DNA of 64,000 nt from Acinetobacter phage Mokit. The DNA lies in the sequence record MW388002.1; one strand, given 5' to 3'. The position numbers were made by a program, and so were the translations under genes. Positions 17,042-27,116 of this stretch are shown here, piece after piece; positions within the stretch are counted from its first letter, which is position 1; each line of letters begins with the position of its first letter. The notes beneath the pieces were generated by a model. That model did no database searches, had not been told where the DNA came from, and worked only from the letters and a program-made list of their open reading frames with translations.

Positions 17042-17635
17042 GTGATTAATTCTTACTTTGATCCAGTCACTTATGCAGCTAAAACTGTCAATTCTACCGC
17101 TCCAGAGCGTCTAATGACAAACATTTTTAAGAACTACACAGCATACTTCAAAAATGTAGCGTCAAAATACAATCTCATAACATATTATATTCAAGGTGCT
17201 CCAAGACCAGAAGCATTGTCATATGAGCTTTACAATAACACCCAGTTGTACTGGGCATTAACTATGGCAAACGATTGTTATGACCCTTATCATGATTGGA
17301 TAAAAACACAAGAAGCATGTTATGAATCTGTTGCTCAAATATATGATCGTCCTGAAGAAGTTATTGTATATCATGTAGATATACGTGGCGAACGTTATTA
17401 CAATTTAGTAGAATATGATGATGAGCCTGGAGTCTGGTATGACAAAGGCGATAGAAATAGAAAATATCCGCAATTTAAAGGTACTCTGGCACCAGTTAAT
17501 GCATACGAAGATGCATTAACCGAAAATGAAAAGAAACGAGAAATCAAAATTATTTCACCAACTGACATCGACAATTTTATTGCAGATTTAATTAAAGAAA
17601 TGGAGAAGAGCCTAAATGAGACTACAATCGGATGA
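17042..17635 (+). CDS. 53: baseplate wedge subunit gp53; probable GTG start
   Basis: GGAG at 17032-17035 then GTG at 17042. The product starts with INSYFDPVTYAAKTVN, close to the T4 gp53 N-terminus. The ATG at 17030 has no RBS. Confidence 0.6.
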   Translation: MINSYFDPVTYAAKTVNSTAPERLMTNIFKNYTAYFKNVASKYNLITYYIQGAPRPEALSYELYNNTQLYWALTMANDCYDPYHDWIKTQEACYESVAQIYDRPEEVIVYHVDIRGERYYNLVEYDDEPGVWYDKGDRNRKYPQFKGTLAPVNAYEDALTENEKKREIKIISPTDIDNFIADLIKEMEKSLNETTIG

Positions 17636-19403
17636 TGTAAAATGGTGGGTTGGGGTAGTTGAGGATCGTCTTGACCCATTGCAACAAGGACGTGTTCGTG
17701 TACGAGTAGTAGGAGTTCATCCATTTTCTAGAATCCAAGGTGAATTCTCTGGGCTACCTGTCGAAGATTTACCATGGATGAGTGTCTTACTTCCAGTAAC
17801 AACACCTGCTGTAGCAGGCGTATCTGGCGCAGTTACTGGTCTACTTCCTGGTTCTGGTGTTTTTGGTATCTGGTTGGATAAGTATAAAACCAATGGCCTC
17901 GTTTTAGGATCATATTCTGGTAATCAAGTCAATATTCCAAATTCCGAAGAAGGATTTAGTGATCCATCAGGGCAATATCCTGATTATGCCGGCCCTGATG
18001 GATCTGCATTAAATGCTGGTGGAGCCTATGGCGATGCCGCAAGTGCTAATGGTAGCCAAAATGCTAACTCTTCTACTGGGCTATGGCCGGGCGGAGCAGA
18101 TATTTCTGGTCCTGATGACAATCCAGATTTTACAATCGAGAAAATGCTACGTGGCGACGAAGGTGTAAAAAATACTGTGTACTGGGATCATCTAGGATAC
18201 CCTACAATTGGTATCGGACATTTGATTCTTTATCGTAAAACCAGAGACATGAGTGCAATTCTCAAGAAACTATCTAGTGATTTAGGGCATTCAGTCGGAT
18301 CAACTATTGCACAAGCTGATATAACCAAGCTATTCATTTCCGATTTAGGCAAAACTCAAGCCGAAATAAAAAAGAATAGAATTATTGGACCTGTCTATGC
18401 AAAATGTAATAGATCACGTCAAATGGCATTAGAAAATATGGCCTTTCAAATGGGTACTGGCGGCCTTGCTAAGTTCAAAAATTCATTAGCATTAATGGCT
18501 GCAGGAGACTGGGAAGGTGCATCAAAACAACTAAAACAATCACTTTGGGCACAACAAACACCTGGGCGAGCAAACAGAATTTGCTTGGTTATCAAAAATG
18601 GTAATTTAGGTGCATACGGTGTAGTTCCTAAATTACCAGCACCTGGATCAAAGTCTTTGATAGCTCCTATAGCAGCAACGGCAACTCCATTAGTAGAAGA
18701 TTCATTTGACCCATATGATCCTAGTGATACTGAAATATACCCTAACTATGACACCACTGAAGTTAAAGATGGAATTGATGAAGATCTAAGCGTGCCATAT
18801 GTTAGAGAACCATCTGCAACGCTATTTGTAGAACCTAATAGTTCATATCAAGGCAATTATCCATATGTACAAGCATTGACAACTGAAGGCGGTCATTCTC
18901 AGGAGTTTGATAATACACCAGGACAAGAACGATATCGCATTAGACACCCATCTGGTTCTTATGTTGAAGTTGCGCCAGATGGAAGAAAAACTGATAAATG
19001 CACAGGCGATTTGTACCATTTAACTGAAGGTGATCGTAATGAATTGACATCGGGTGAACGAAAGGTAAACGTTGGCGGTAATGAAACGTATATTAATTTT
19101 GCAGATGTCATGCGTCAAATAGAAGGATCTAATACTACAAAGATCGCAGCAAATAACACTATTGAGGTTGCAGGTAACGAAACACGTAAAATCACTGGTG
19201 ACGGCACGATTGAAGTTTCAGGTAACTTAAAAATAATTGTTGCTGCAGATGCATCAATTGAGGTTGGTGGTAATGCCAATATAAAAGTTTCAGGAAACTT
19301 GACCACAAATGTTAGCGGAAATTACAACATGACTGTTGGTGGAACATATACAATTAATTCAGGTACAGTTAATTGGACAGCACCTAGATACAATATGGTA
19401 TAA
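17616..19403 (+). CDS. 5: baseplate hub subunit and tail lysozyme gp5 (cell-puncturing device)
   Basis: Central T4-lysozyme-like motif DEGVKNTVYWDHLGYPTIGIGHLI and C-terminal VxGxxxxx beta-helix octapeptide repeats. Confidence 0.85.
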   Translation: MRLQSDDVKWWVGVVEDRLDPLQQGRVRVRVVGVHPFSRIQGEFSGLPVEDLPWMSVLLPVTTPAVAGVSGAVTGLLPGSGVFGIWLDKYKTNGLVLGSYSGNQVNIPNSEEGFSDPSGQYPDYAGPDGSALNAGGAYGDAASANGSQNANSSTGLWPGGADISGPDDNPDFTIEKMLRGDEGVKNTVYWDHLGYPTIGIGHLILYRKTRDMSAILKKLSSDLGHSVGSTIAQADITKLFISDLGKTQAEIKKNRIIGPVYAKCNRSRQMALENMAFQMGTGGLAKFKNSLALMAAGDWEGASKQLKQSLWAQQTPGRANRICLVIKNGNLGAYGVVPKLPAPGSKSLIAPIAATATPLVEDSFDPYDPSDTEIYPNYDTTEVKDGIDEDLSVPYVREPSATLFVEPNSSYQGNYPYVQALTTEGGHSQEFDNTPGQERYRIRHPSGSYVEVAPDGRKTDKCTGDLYHLTEGDRNELTSGERKVNVGGNETYINFADVMRQIEGSNTTKIAANNTIEVAGNETRKITGDGTIEVSGNLKIIVAADASIEVGGNANIKVSGNLTTNVSGNYNMTVGGTYTINSGTVNWTAPRYNMV

Positions 19404-19409
19404 CTAACT

Positions 19410-19868
19410 ATGGCATCAATATTACCTTCAAATTCAATGTTGGCAACAGTTATAGAAGGCGCAAACGTAAGTTTCGCCTTCACCGCTGCGTTAGCACCAA
19501 CAGAAAAATTGGTCAGTTTAAAAATTGTTCAAACTGATTTTCCATCATATATAACTATAAATGGAGCATCATTTAGCGGAAAGTTTATAAATTTATTCCA
19601 ATTGCCAATTAATTCATTAAAATATCGTAAGGGCCTTGAATATGGACAGGCTTCAACGTTTGGCGAATTACCGCCTAAAGGCACGGCAGACTTATACTCA
19701 TTCACTGCACCTACAGTTATGTTAAAGAATTTTAACATTAAGGTTGAACTCGTTTATACGGATGAATCAAATCCTACAACCGAATTAAATATAACTAATA
19801 CGTATGTCCAGCCTGTCCAAGGTAATTGGGATACATTTAAACAACAATTTTTAGAATATGTGAGATAG
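19410..19868 (+). CDS. gp5.1-like hypothetical protein
   Basis: Position between genes 5 and 5.4. Ends with a TAG stop, the only TAG stop seen among ~35 stops checked in this window. Confidence 0.4.
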   Translation: MASILPSNSMLATVIEGANVSFAFTAALAPTEKLVSLKIVQTDFPSYITINGASFSGKFINLFQLPINSLKYRKGLEYGQASTFGELPPKGTADLYSFTAPTVMLKNFNIKVELVYTDESNPTTELNITNTYVQPVQGNWDTFKQQFLEYVR

Positions 19869-19869
19869 T

Positions 19870-20145
19870 ATGTCAGCAATATCATATGATAAGGCCATGA
19901 CAACAGGTCACGGACCATATCCACCAACACAAATAAACTCATCACAAACTAAATTTTTTATAGAAAGTAAAGCAGCTCTTGTGACTGGTGACCTGGCAAA
20001 CAACCATGGGCATACGCCAGTAGGAGCATGTATTGCAACTTCTTCAAAATTCTTTATTGGTGGTAAGGCTGCAGTTCAAATAGGTGACCCATTGACAGAT
20101 GGCGATGCTGTTGCACAAGGCAGTTCAAAGTTCTTTATAATTTAA
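19870..20145 (+). CDS. 5.4: PAAR-repeat spike-tip protein (gp5.4-like)
   Basis: 91 aa with SSKFFI/GGKAAV PAAR-like repeats; position after gene 5. Confidence 0.6.
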   Translation: MSAISYDKAMTTGHGPYPPTQINSSQTKFFIESKAALVTGDLANNHGHTPVGACIATSSKFFIGGKAAVQIGDPLTDGDAVAQGSSKFFII

Positions 20146-20154
20146 GAGGCTACT

Positions 20155-22104
20155 ATGGCAGATTTACCAAATTATTCGCATGGGCAATTGCAACGAACAG
20201 TCAATGCTATTCCAGATGTATTTGTCGGTGCAACATTCCAAGAAATAAAAAATTCATTAATTAACTGGCTTGCTGGTCAAAAAGAATTCAAAGACTATGA
20301 TTTTACTGGTTCACGTATAAACGTGCTTCTGGATCTATTAGCGTATAATACACTTTATATACAACAATTTTCTAATACTGCAATTTATGAGTCATTCTTA
20401 CGAACAGCAAACTTAAGAAGTTCAGTTGTACAAGCAGCCCAAGACAATTCATATTTGCCTAGTGGCATGTCTGCTGCAGAAAACACAATTCAACTTCGTG
20501 TTTCTAATCCAACGAATCCTAACAAAATTACAATACCGCGTGGCACTAAATTCTTAGCTTACGCTCGTGAAACTTCTGCCGATCCATATCCATTTGTAGT
20601 TACCGAAGACGTTGTAGCCGTCAAAGATTTCCAAAGTGAGTATTGGCCTATTGTTAAACTAGCACAAGGGCGTATTGTTCGTACTGAGTTATTATTTGAT
20701 AGAAAGGAACCTATTATTATACGTGATCAGTTTATTGACCGTAATCACATACAAGTATTTGTTGATGGTGCGTTATGGACAAACTGGACACATAAATCAA
20801 TGATCACTGCTGGGTCAACATCTACAATTTATTATGTCCGTGAGACTATTGATGGTTTTACTGAAATCTATTTTGGTGAAGGTGAATCATCAATATCTAC
20901 ATCAAGTGGTGCATTAGAAGCAAATTATATTGGTGGTTTGAAGCCTACTCAGAATGCTTCAATAGCTATTGAATACATCCGAACAGATGGCGCAAAGGCA
21001 AATGGTGCACGAGATTTTACTTATGCCGATACACTACAATACATTACCATCAATGAAGTCATTGAAAACTTTAATGATGATCCTGATTATGTAGGCGCAG
21101 ATGGTGGCGGTGACCCAGAAGACAAAGAACGTATTAGAGAAATGGCTGCAGTTAAGCGTGAAGCGCAAATGCGCTGCGTAACTGCGTCAGATTATGATGC
21201 ATTTGTATCAGAGAGATTTGGCTCAATCGTTCAGGCCATTCAAACATTTACCGATTCTGATAAACCTGGATATGCTTTCATTGCTATTAAACCTAAATCT
21301 GGGCTATACTTGACTGCTGTTCAGCGCGAAGACATTCAGACGTATCTTAAAGAGTATAATTTGGCACCAATTACTCCTTCAGTGATTTCACCAAATTACT
21401 TATTCATTAAGCACAACATTCGTGTAACGTATGCAATAAACAAATTGCAAGAATCCGAGCAATGGTTAGAATCTAGAATTTTAGACCAAATCGATCGATA
21501 CTACATAGAAGACGTCGAATTATTCAATAAATCATTTGCGAAATCAAAAATGTTAACATTCATTGATAACGCCGATCATTCTATTGTAGGTTCTTCTGCT
21601 TCAATACAACTTGTGCGAGAAATTCAGAACTTTTATGTAACACCAGAATCTGGGATTAAATACTATAACACAGTTAAGCCTAGATCAATTGAATCAAATG
21701 AATTTCCATTTATTCCAGGTGGTGATTCTGATGCATACAATGTTAAAATAATTTCTACTGATGCAGATGCGAATAACAAAGGAAGTATTTTAGTAGGTCC
21801 TTTTATTCCAGGTGACATCCCTGCTCATATCACTCCATATACTGCCAATGATTTTAATAGAGAGGTCAGTGGCGCACAATATGTCTATTATAAAATAGGT
21901 GAAGCCAATTATACCACAGATTATGTGTATTGGAATATGGGTGCATTGGATGTGACATCAGATAAGTTTGAAGTTCAACAGATCGAATTATATTCGGATC
22001 CGTCAGCAGATAATATTTTTACAAGAGATGGTTCATTAATTGTATTTGAAAATGACTTACGTCCGCAATATACAAAAATTACTTTAGAGGCAATCACACA
22101 ATGA
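20155..22104 (+). CDS. 6: baseplate wedge subunit gp6
   Basis: 649 aa, near the ~660 aa I recall for T4 gp6; synteny. Confidence 0.75.
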   Translation: MADLPNYSHGQLQRTVNAIPDVFVGATFQEIKNSLINWLAGQKEFKDYDFTGSRINVLLDLLAYNTLYIQQFSNTAIYESFLRTANLRSSVVQAAQDNSYLPSGMSAAENTIQLRVSNPTNPNKITIPRGTKFLAYARETSADPYPFVVTEDVVAVKDFQSEYWPIVKLAQGRIVRTELLFDRKEPIIIRDQFIDRNHIQVFVDGALWTNWTHKSMITAGSTSTIYYVRETIDGFTEIYFGEGESSISTSSGALEANYIGGLKPTQNASIAIEYIRTDGAKANGARDFTYADTLQYITINEVIENFNDDPDYVGADGGGDPEDKERIREMAAVKREAQMRCVTASDYDAFVSERFGSIVQAIQTFTDSDKPGYAFIAIKPKSGLYLTAVQREDIQTYLKEYNLAPITPSVISPNYLFIKHNIRVTYAINKLQESEQWLESRILDQIDRYYIEDVELFNKSFAKSKMLTFIDNADHSIVGSSASIQLVREIQNFYVTPESGIKYYNTVKPRSIESNEFPFIPGGDSDAYNVKIISTDADANNKGSILVGPFIPGDIPAHITPYTANDFNREVSGAQYVYYKIGEANYTTDYVYWNMGALDVTSDKFEVQQIELYSDPSADNIFTRDGSLIVFENDLRPQYTKITLEAITQ

Positions 22105-25100
22105 CAATAAAGGCACCGACAATCACAAGTTTGACAATAGCTAAGCTATCTGCTACTGCAGTACAGCTAACTTGGGACGATGTGGGTGAGAATTTTTATT
22201 ATCTAGTTGAAGTAGCAAGAATGAGAGAAGGTGACCAAATTACTTGGTCACCGCTCGGCTACACAGCAGAAAATAGATGGTTCTCAGCCGATCTAATAGC
22301 CTCAGTCTTTTATAAATTTAGAGTAGCAGTTGCTTCAGCAGGATTCGATCAATCTGATTGGGTAGAGACTGAAGAGTTTCAAACATTTGAACAAAATGCG
22401 TATACATTTGAAGTAATGAATGAATTAACTTTGAACAAACAATTCATTAACGAAAAGTTTGTCAAAGGTAACAACTCATTTGTTGATTTCAACACTGATG
22501 TCATTCATGCAGCATTGACAAATGAATCCTTTACATATTCTGATGCATATACCGACATTTCACAAATTCGCCCATTTATTATTAAAGAAAATGAATACCA
22601 TGAAATTCAAGGTGATATTACGTCTATTTGTCGTGATTTAGATCGCATGTATTTAATGGAAGACGATGGCGTGCTATATCTTTTCGAACGTTGGCAGAAT
22701 CTCGTTAAAGTATCTAATGACAAAGGCCAAAATTGGCAAGCTGTAGCATTAATGAATGACCGTGTAGGATGGCCACTTTCAAAGACCGTGTTCTATCAAA
22801 ATTCTACTACAAATTTTGTATTAGGCTGGGATTACTTATTCTACGGGCGCAAATCGACCGACGTTAGATGGTCATCAGATGAAGTAAGATTCTCTAGTGA
22901 TGATGTAACCTTTGCTAAAATTGGTGATACATTAAATCTAGGCTTTGACGTTAACATTTTTGGTAATTATGCAATGCTACCTGGTGATGTGGCTAAAATA
23001 GGCGAAGCAATAACATGTAATGATGAATTTATTTACATTGTTGCACGCGACAAAGTGCGATTTATTAAAGCAAAGAATCCACCGGTTGATGATGTTCCAG
23101 GGTCTCCTACCGAAGGCCAAAAAATCTTTGAAAAAGATTTTCACAACATAACAGGCAATAATAAGGCTGTTACATGGAAGATGGATTCAGTAGATGGGCA
23201 GATTTTTGCATTAGTAATAGGTGAAGTTGCAAACTATGGCGATGACCCACGTAAAGTCCCGATTAAGGATTCGTTATCTAAAGGCGTGTACTGGTTGAAA
23301 GATCACGATGCAGGCACATGGGTTCGAGTTTTTGGCAATACAGAAGAAGAACGTAGACGTATTGAACCTGGCTACACAAATATGTCATGCGATAATAAAG
23401 AAATTTTCATTTCATCTAGTAATTACAAAGTTCTACCTAATGATATTGTAGATGATCCTGCTACTGTTGCTAAATATCCTGAATTAGTTAACAAAGCTGT
23501 TAAGAATTTGTATGTACCGCAATGGATCCATGATAAACACTTAATGATGATGTCATTTAGAGCTAATGGAGAAGATGGATGGGATAAGTGGGCACCAGGA
23601 CGCATGAGATATTACGCTGAGCCATATTTCTCTAAATGTACTAATTCTGGTACAAGATGTTGGGTTAATAACTCTAACAAAGTTGTAATGGTGTATTCAG
23701 ATGTTCAGCATGAGTATGCTATTGATCCATTCCCGGCATCATCACCTAGTAGATTTATGAAAGAGGTGTGGCACACAGGGGATTGTACTGTTATTTTCCC
23801 TAATATTGAATTTAAAAATTTTACACAATATTCAAATGGTGTTATTTTCTTTAAACAATCTGGCGAATTAATAGGCTATTTTGAATTCAATTATCGTGTC
23901 AAAGATAACGTCAGAATAGTTTGGAAACCTACTAACGTATTTCTTAAAGCATACATGCAGAATCAGACACGTGAAGATCCATGGACTCCTGATGATGAAG
24001 GTGGTTACAATAACCCTGATTTAAGACCATTTTTGACTCGAATGATTCCAGATAGTTACTTAATGCAAGATTCAAACTTTGAAAAATTTTGTGAGTACTA
24101 CATTCAATACATTTCAGATGGATACGGAACGCCATATAACAACTTGGTTAATCTCATCCGAGATAAGTATCCTAAAGAGAAACATTCTTGGGAGTATATG
24201 TGGTCGGAGATCTATAAGCGAAATATTTATCTGAATAGAGATAAACGTGATATGGTAGCTCGTTTATTTGAAACTCGTAAAAATGACTTTTATTCTACTA
24301 AAGGCATCGAAGCATCATATAAATTTCTGTTTAAAGTTTTGTATAATGAAGACGTTGAAGTCGACATCGAGTCACTTAATGGTCTTGAATATGACATCAT
24401 TGTTGAGTCAGACAACATTAGCGAGGATTTAGCCGGGCGTACTGTTTACACCGCTACCGGACGTTCCAATGTTACATATATTGAGCGCCACTACGCTAAA
24501 GGTAAATTGCAATGGAAATTAACAATTCATAACTTATTAGGGAGATTTATCGCTGGACAGGAAATTTTATCTGAACGAACTAATTTTAAAGGTATGATTG
24601 TTCAAGGCGTTCGTGGCAAGGATATGACATCTAACACTATTGAATATATCAATAGAGGAAGAGCATATTATGTTATGAAAATCAAATCTGCTTTGCCATC
24701 ATCTCGTTACCGTGATGACGTTCTACGATTTGTACATCCAGTAGGTTTTGGCTTTATCGGTATTACACTGATTACAATGTTTATCAATTCAGGACTTAGT
24801 ATGAAGCATACTGAAACTGTGATAAATAAATTAAAAGTATATAGATGGGATTCTGGTATTCCGTCAATGTGGCCCGACAGAGTTGCAAAACTTGGTCCTA
24901 CTGGCAAAATTGACAGAGACCCAGTTACTGGTGAACCAATTTATCTCGATCACCCGAATAAAGGCCAGGAGTATGTGCTGACTGCACAACAACAAGCAGA
25001 CTATCTTGCAAAAAATCCTGGAAAGTTCTATGGATTTAATGCTATGCAATTGAGACGCCCTATGAGCCCATTATTCGATCAATCTGCTGTTACATTTTCT

Positions 25101-25193
25101 AGGTTTAGAAATCTAGTAGATGAACGCCTTAAAGACAATATAGGCAATCCACGTGACCCAGAATTCCCTACACAGGTGCAAGTAAATGAATGA
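22101..25193 (+). CDS. 7: baseplate wedge initiator gp7
   Basis: 1030 aa, near the ~1030 aa I recall for T4 gp7; start overlaps the gp6 stop (ATGA). Confidence 0.75.
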   Translation: MTIKAPTITSLTIAKLSATAVQLTWDDVGENFYYLVEVARMREGDQITWSPLGYTAENRWFSADLIASVFYKFRVAVASAGFDQSDWVETEEFQTFEQNAYTFEVMNELTLNKQFINEKFVKGNNSFVDFNTDVIHAALTNESFTYSDAYTDISQIRPFIIKENEYHEIQGDITSICRDLDRMYLMEDDGVLYLFERWQNLVKVSNDKGQNWQAVALMNDRVGWPLSKTVFYQNSTTNFVLGWDYLFYGRKSTDVRWSSDEVRFSSDDVTFAKIGDTLNLGFDVNIFGNYAMLPGDVAKIGEAITCNDEFIYIVARDKVRFIKAKNPPVDDVPGSPTEGQKIFEKDFHNITGNNKAVTWKMDSVDGQIFALVIGEVANYGDDPRKVPIKDSLSKGVYWLKDHDAGTWVRVFGNTEEERRRIEPGYTNMSCDNKEIFISSSNYKVLPNDIVDDPATVAKYPELVNKAVKNLYVPQWIHDKHLMMMSFRANGEDGWDKWAPGRMRYYAEPYFSKCTNSGTRCWVNNSNKVVMVYSDVQHEYAIDPFPASSPSRFMKEVWHTGDCTVIFPNIEFKNFTQYSNGVIFFKQSGELIGYFEFNYRVKDNVRIVWKPTNVFLKAYMQNQTREDPWTPDDEGGYNNPDLRPFLTRMIPDSYLMQDSNFEKFCEYYIQYISDGYGTPYNNLVNLIRDKYPKEKHSWEYMWSEIYKRNIYLNRDKRDMVARLFETRKNDFYSTKGIEASYKFLFKVLYNEDVEVDIESLNGLEYDIIVESDNISEDLAGRTVYTATGRSNVTYIERHYAKGKLQWKLTIHNLLGRFIAGQEILSERTNFKGMIVQGVRGKDMTSNTIEYINRGRAYYVMKIKSALPSSRYRDDVLRFVHPVGFGFIGITLITMFINSGLSMKHTETVINKLKVYRWDSGIPSMWPDRVAKLGPTGKIDRDPVTGEPIYLDHPNKGQEYVLTAQQQADYLAKNPGKFYGFNAMQLRRPMSPLFDQSAVTFSRFRNLVDERLKDNIGNPRDPEFPTQVQVNE

Positions 25194-26190
25194 TAGTTCT
25201 ATGGTTTACCGTGCGATAATAACATCAAAATTTCGTACGGAAAAAATGTTAAATTTTTATAAATCTATTGGCGATTCCGCAAATGACAATACGATTTATT
25301 TGACCTTTGGGCGTGATACGCCCTGGTCTCCTTCAGAAAATGAGCCTGGATTTGCTCCGCCTTATCCGGTCGATAGTCCTGCCGGCGTTACTGATGTATG
25401 GACAAATATTTTAGGTGCAGTAAAAGTACAGCAATCTTATCTAGATGCAGTCGTGCCACGTAAAGATTGGGGTGATATACGTTATCCTAATCCTCTAACA
25501 TTTCATATTGGTGATATTGTTGTAACAAACACTATGCCTAATAACAGAGCTCCATCTGCTGAAGGCTGGATGGTATATAAAGTGGTCGATGTTCCTGATG
25601 ATGGAACATGTTCTATAAGCTCTATTACTAACAAGGATGAATGTCTAAAACTTGGCGGCAAATGGACTTCTGGCGTAGAAAGCTTCTTTCCGCCTACAGG
25701 ACGAGGTGATACTGAAGGTTTGGTTGATACCGGCGATGGATACTTATGGGAATACCTATATGAGATTCCGCCTGATGTTTCAATTAATAGATGTACAAAC
25801 GAGTATATTGTAGTTCCATGGCCAGACGAAATCGCAGCTGATCCAAAACGCTGGGGCTATCAAAATAATTTGACTTGGCAACAAGATGATTATGGGCTAT
25901 TGTTCAGAATCAAAGCAGTTATTATGAGATTTAAGGCGTATCTTGATTCAGTATATTTCCCGGAGGCATCTATCTTAGGAAATAAGGGATTTAGGCAGAT
26001 TTCCATGATCATGAATCCAATTGAAGCAAAAACTGACCCTACTGAGCCTAATAAAAAGGCGACAAAAAACTATTATGGTAAAACTGGGCTGTTTAGACAT
26101 TCAGGTGAAATGGTCTACATTGAGAATCGTCAACCTATTATTCGAGCACTCGACCAGACGGAAGAAGTCAGTATATTTTTTGAATTTTAA
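25186..26190 (+). CDS. 8: baseplate wedge subunit gp8
   Basis: 334 aa, near the ~330 aa I recall for T4 gp8; followed by a hairpin at 26193-26214. Confidence 0.7.
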   Translation: MNDSSMVYRAIITSKFRTEKMLNFYKSIGDSANDNTIYLTFGRDTPWSPSENEPGFAPPYPVDSPAGVTDVWTNILGAVKVQQSYLDAVVPRKDWGDIRYPNPLTFHIGDIVVTNTMPNNRAPSAEGWMVYKVVDVPDDGTCSISSITNKDECLKLGGKWTSGVESFFPPTGRGDTEGLVDTGDGYLWEYLYEIPPDVSINRCTNEYIVVPWPDEIAADPKRWGYQNNLTWQQDDYGLLFRIKAVIMRFKAYLDSVYFPEASILGNKGFRQISMIMNPIEAKTDPTEPNKKATKNYYGKTGLFRHSGEMVYIENRQPIIRALDQTEEVSIFFEF

Positions 26191-26192
26191 CA

Positions 26193-26214
26193 TTTGGGAC
26201 CGTTTGGTCCCAAA
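26193..26214 (+). terminator. hairpin TTTGGGACCGTTTGGTCCCAAA after gene 8; no U tract
   Basis: 9-bp stem; possibly a processing or attenuation structure rather than a full terminator. Confidence 0.35.
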
Positions 26215-26218
26215 GTTG

Positions 26219-26226
26219 TATAAATA
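26219..26226 (+). promoter_or_regulatory. late promoter TATAAATA upstream of gene 9
   Basis: Exact 8-mer 24 nt upstream of ATG 26250, just after the hairpin at 26193-26214. Confidence 0.6.
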
Positions 26227-26249
26227 TTAAAATTATAAGAGGATTACGT

Positions 26250-27116
26250 ATGTTCATACAACAACCTAAAATGGAAATTGATGTTGGCGAAATTGGTAAT
26301 GCATCTACTGGAGATATTCTTTTTGATGGTGGAGAAAAGATCAATAGTAACTTTACTGCAATTTACAATCAGTTTGGCGATCAGCGAATGTTCAATGCTG
26401 GTACACAAGTAGGCAACCAGACGATTCATGCAACTGGGTATTATCAAAAGGTATCAGGGCTAGACTTACGTACAGCACTAACTCTAGGTTCAATGTGGGA
26501 TATTGATACAAATCCTACCGGTGGAGCTAACCCTATTTTGCCTAAAGGAAAAATAGGCGAATGCGTAAAATTTATTAATTCCAATGGAAGCTGCTCAGTT
26601 ACGCAACCTATTGATATTCAAGTCATCGATGGCTCATTTGTAGGTGTCCAAGGCAGCCTTAAAATTACTCAGCCTTATTGCATGGTCGATTGCTGGTGCA
26701 TTGGCTTTTCTAACAATATACCTATTTGGAATTATTCTATTCGATCTATGTTTGGGTCATTTGAAACTCCTATCCAAATAACTAAAGCTGTGTCGACTAC
26801 TGCACCTACAGTCATCCCTATTGCACATTTTAGTGAATATAACTCTTTGAAGCTATTAATTACTGCTCAAACTTCTAATGGCGAAATTTCCAGACAGTCT
26901 GAAGTCAATTTACTTATTGACAGATATCTTAGAAATGTACATCATACTGAATTTGGCGTTATTAGAATAGGCAATAAGTCTGAAGAAGATGAAATTGTAG
27001 ATATTAAATACGATATATCATCTACTGGCATACTTAATTGCACAGTAACAACTAAAGTGAATAACATGCGTATTGCAATCAAGAGCATAGCGACGCAAAG
27101 ACTCGGGTCAGCATAA
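26250..27116 (+). CDS. 9: baseplate wedge and long-tail-fiber connector gp9
   Basis: 288 aa, near the ~290 aa I recall for T4 gp9; own late promoter at 26219-26226. Confidence 0.7.
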   Translation: MFIQQPKMEIDVGEIGNASTGDILFDGGEKINSNFTAIYNQFGDQRMFNAGTQVGNQTIHATGYYQKVSGLDLRTALTLGSMWDIDTNPTGGANPILPKGKIGECVKFINSNGSCSVTQPIDIQVIDGSFVGVQGSLKITQPYCMVDCWCIGFSNNIPIWNYSIRSMFGSFETPIQITKAVSTTAPTVIPIAHFSEYNSLKLLITAQTSNGEISRQSEVNLLIDRYLRNVHHTEFGVIRIGNKSEEDEIVDIKYDISSTGILNCTVTTKVNNMRIAIKSIATQRLGSA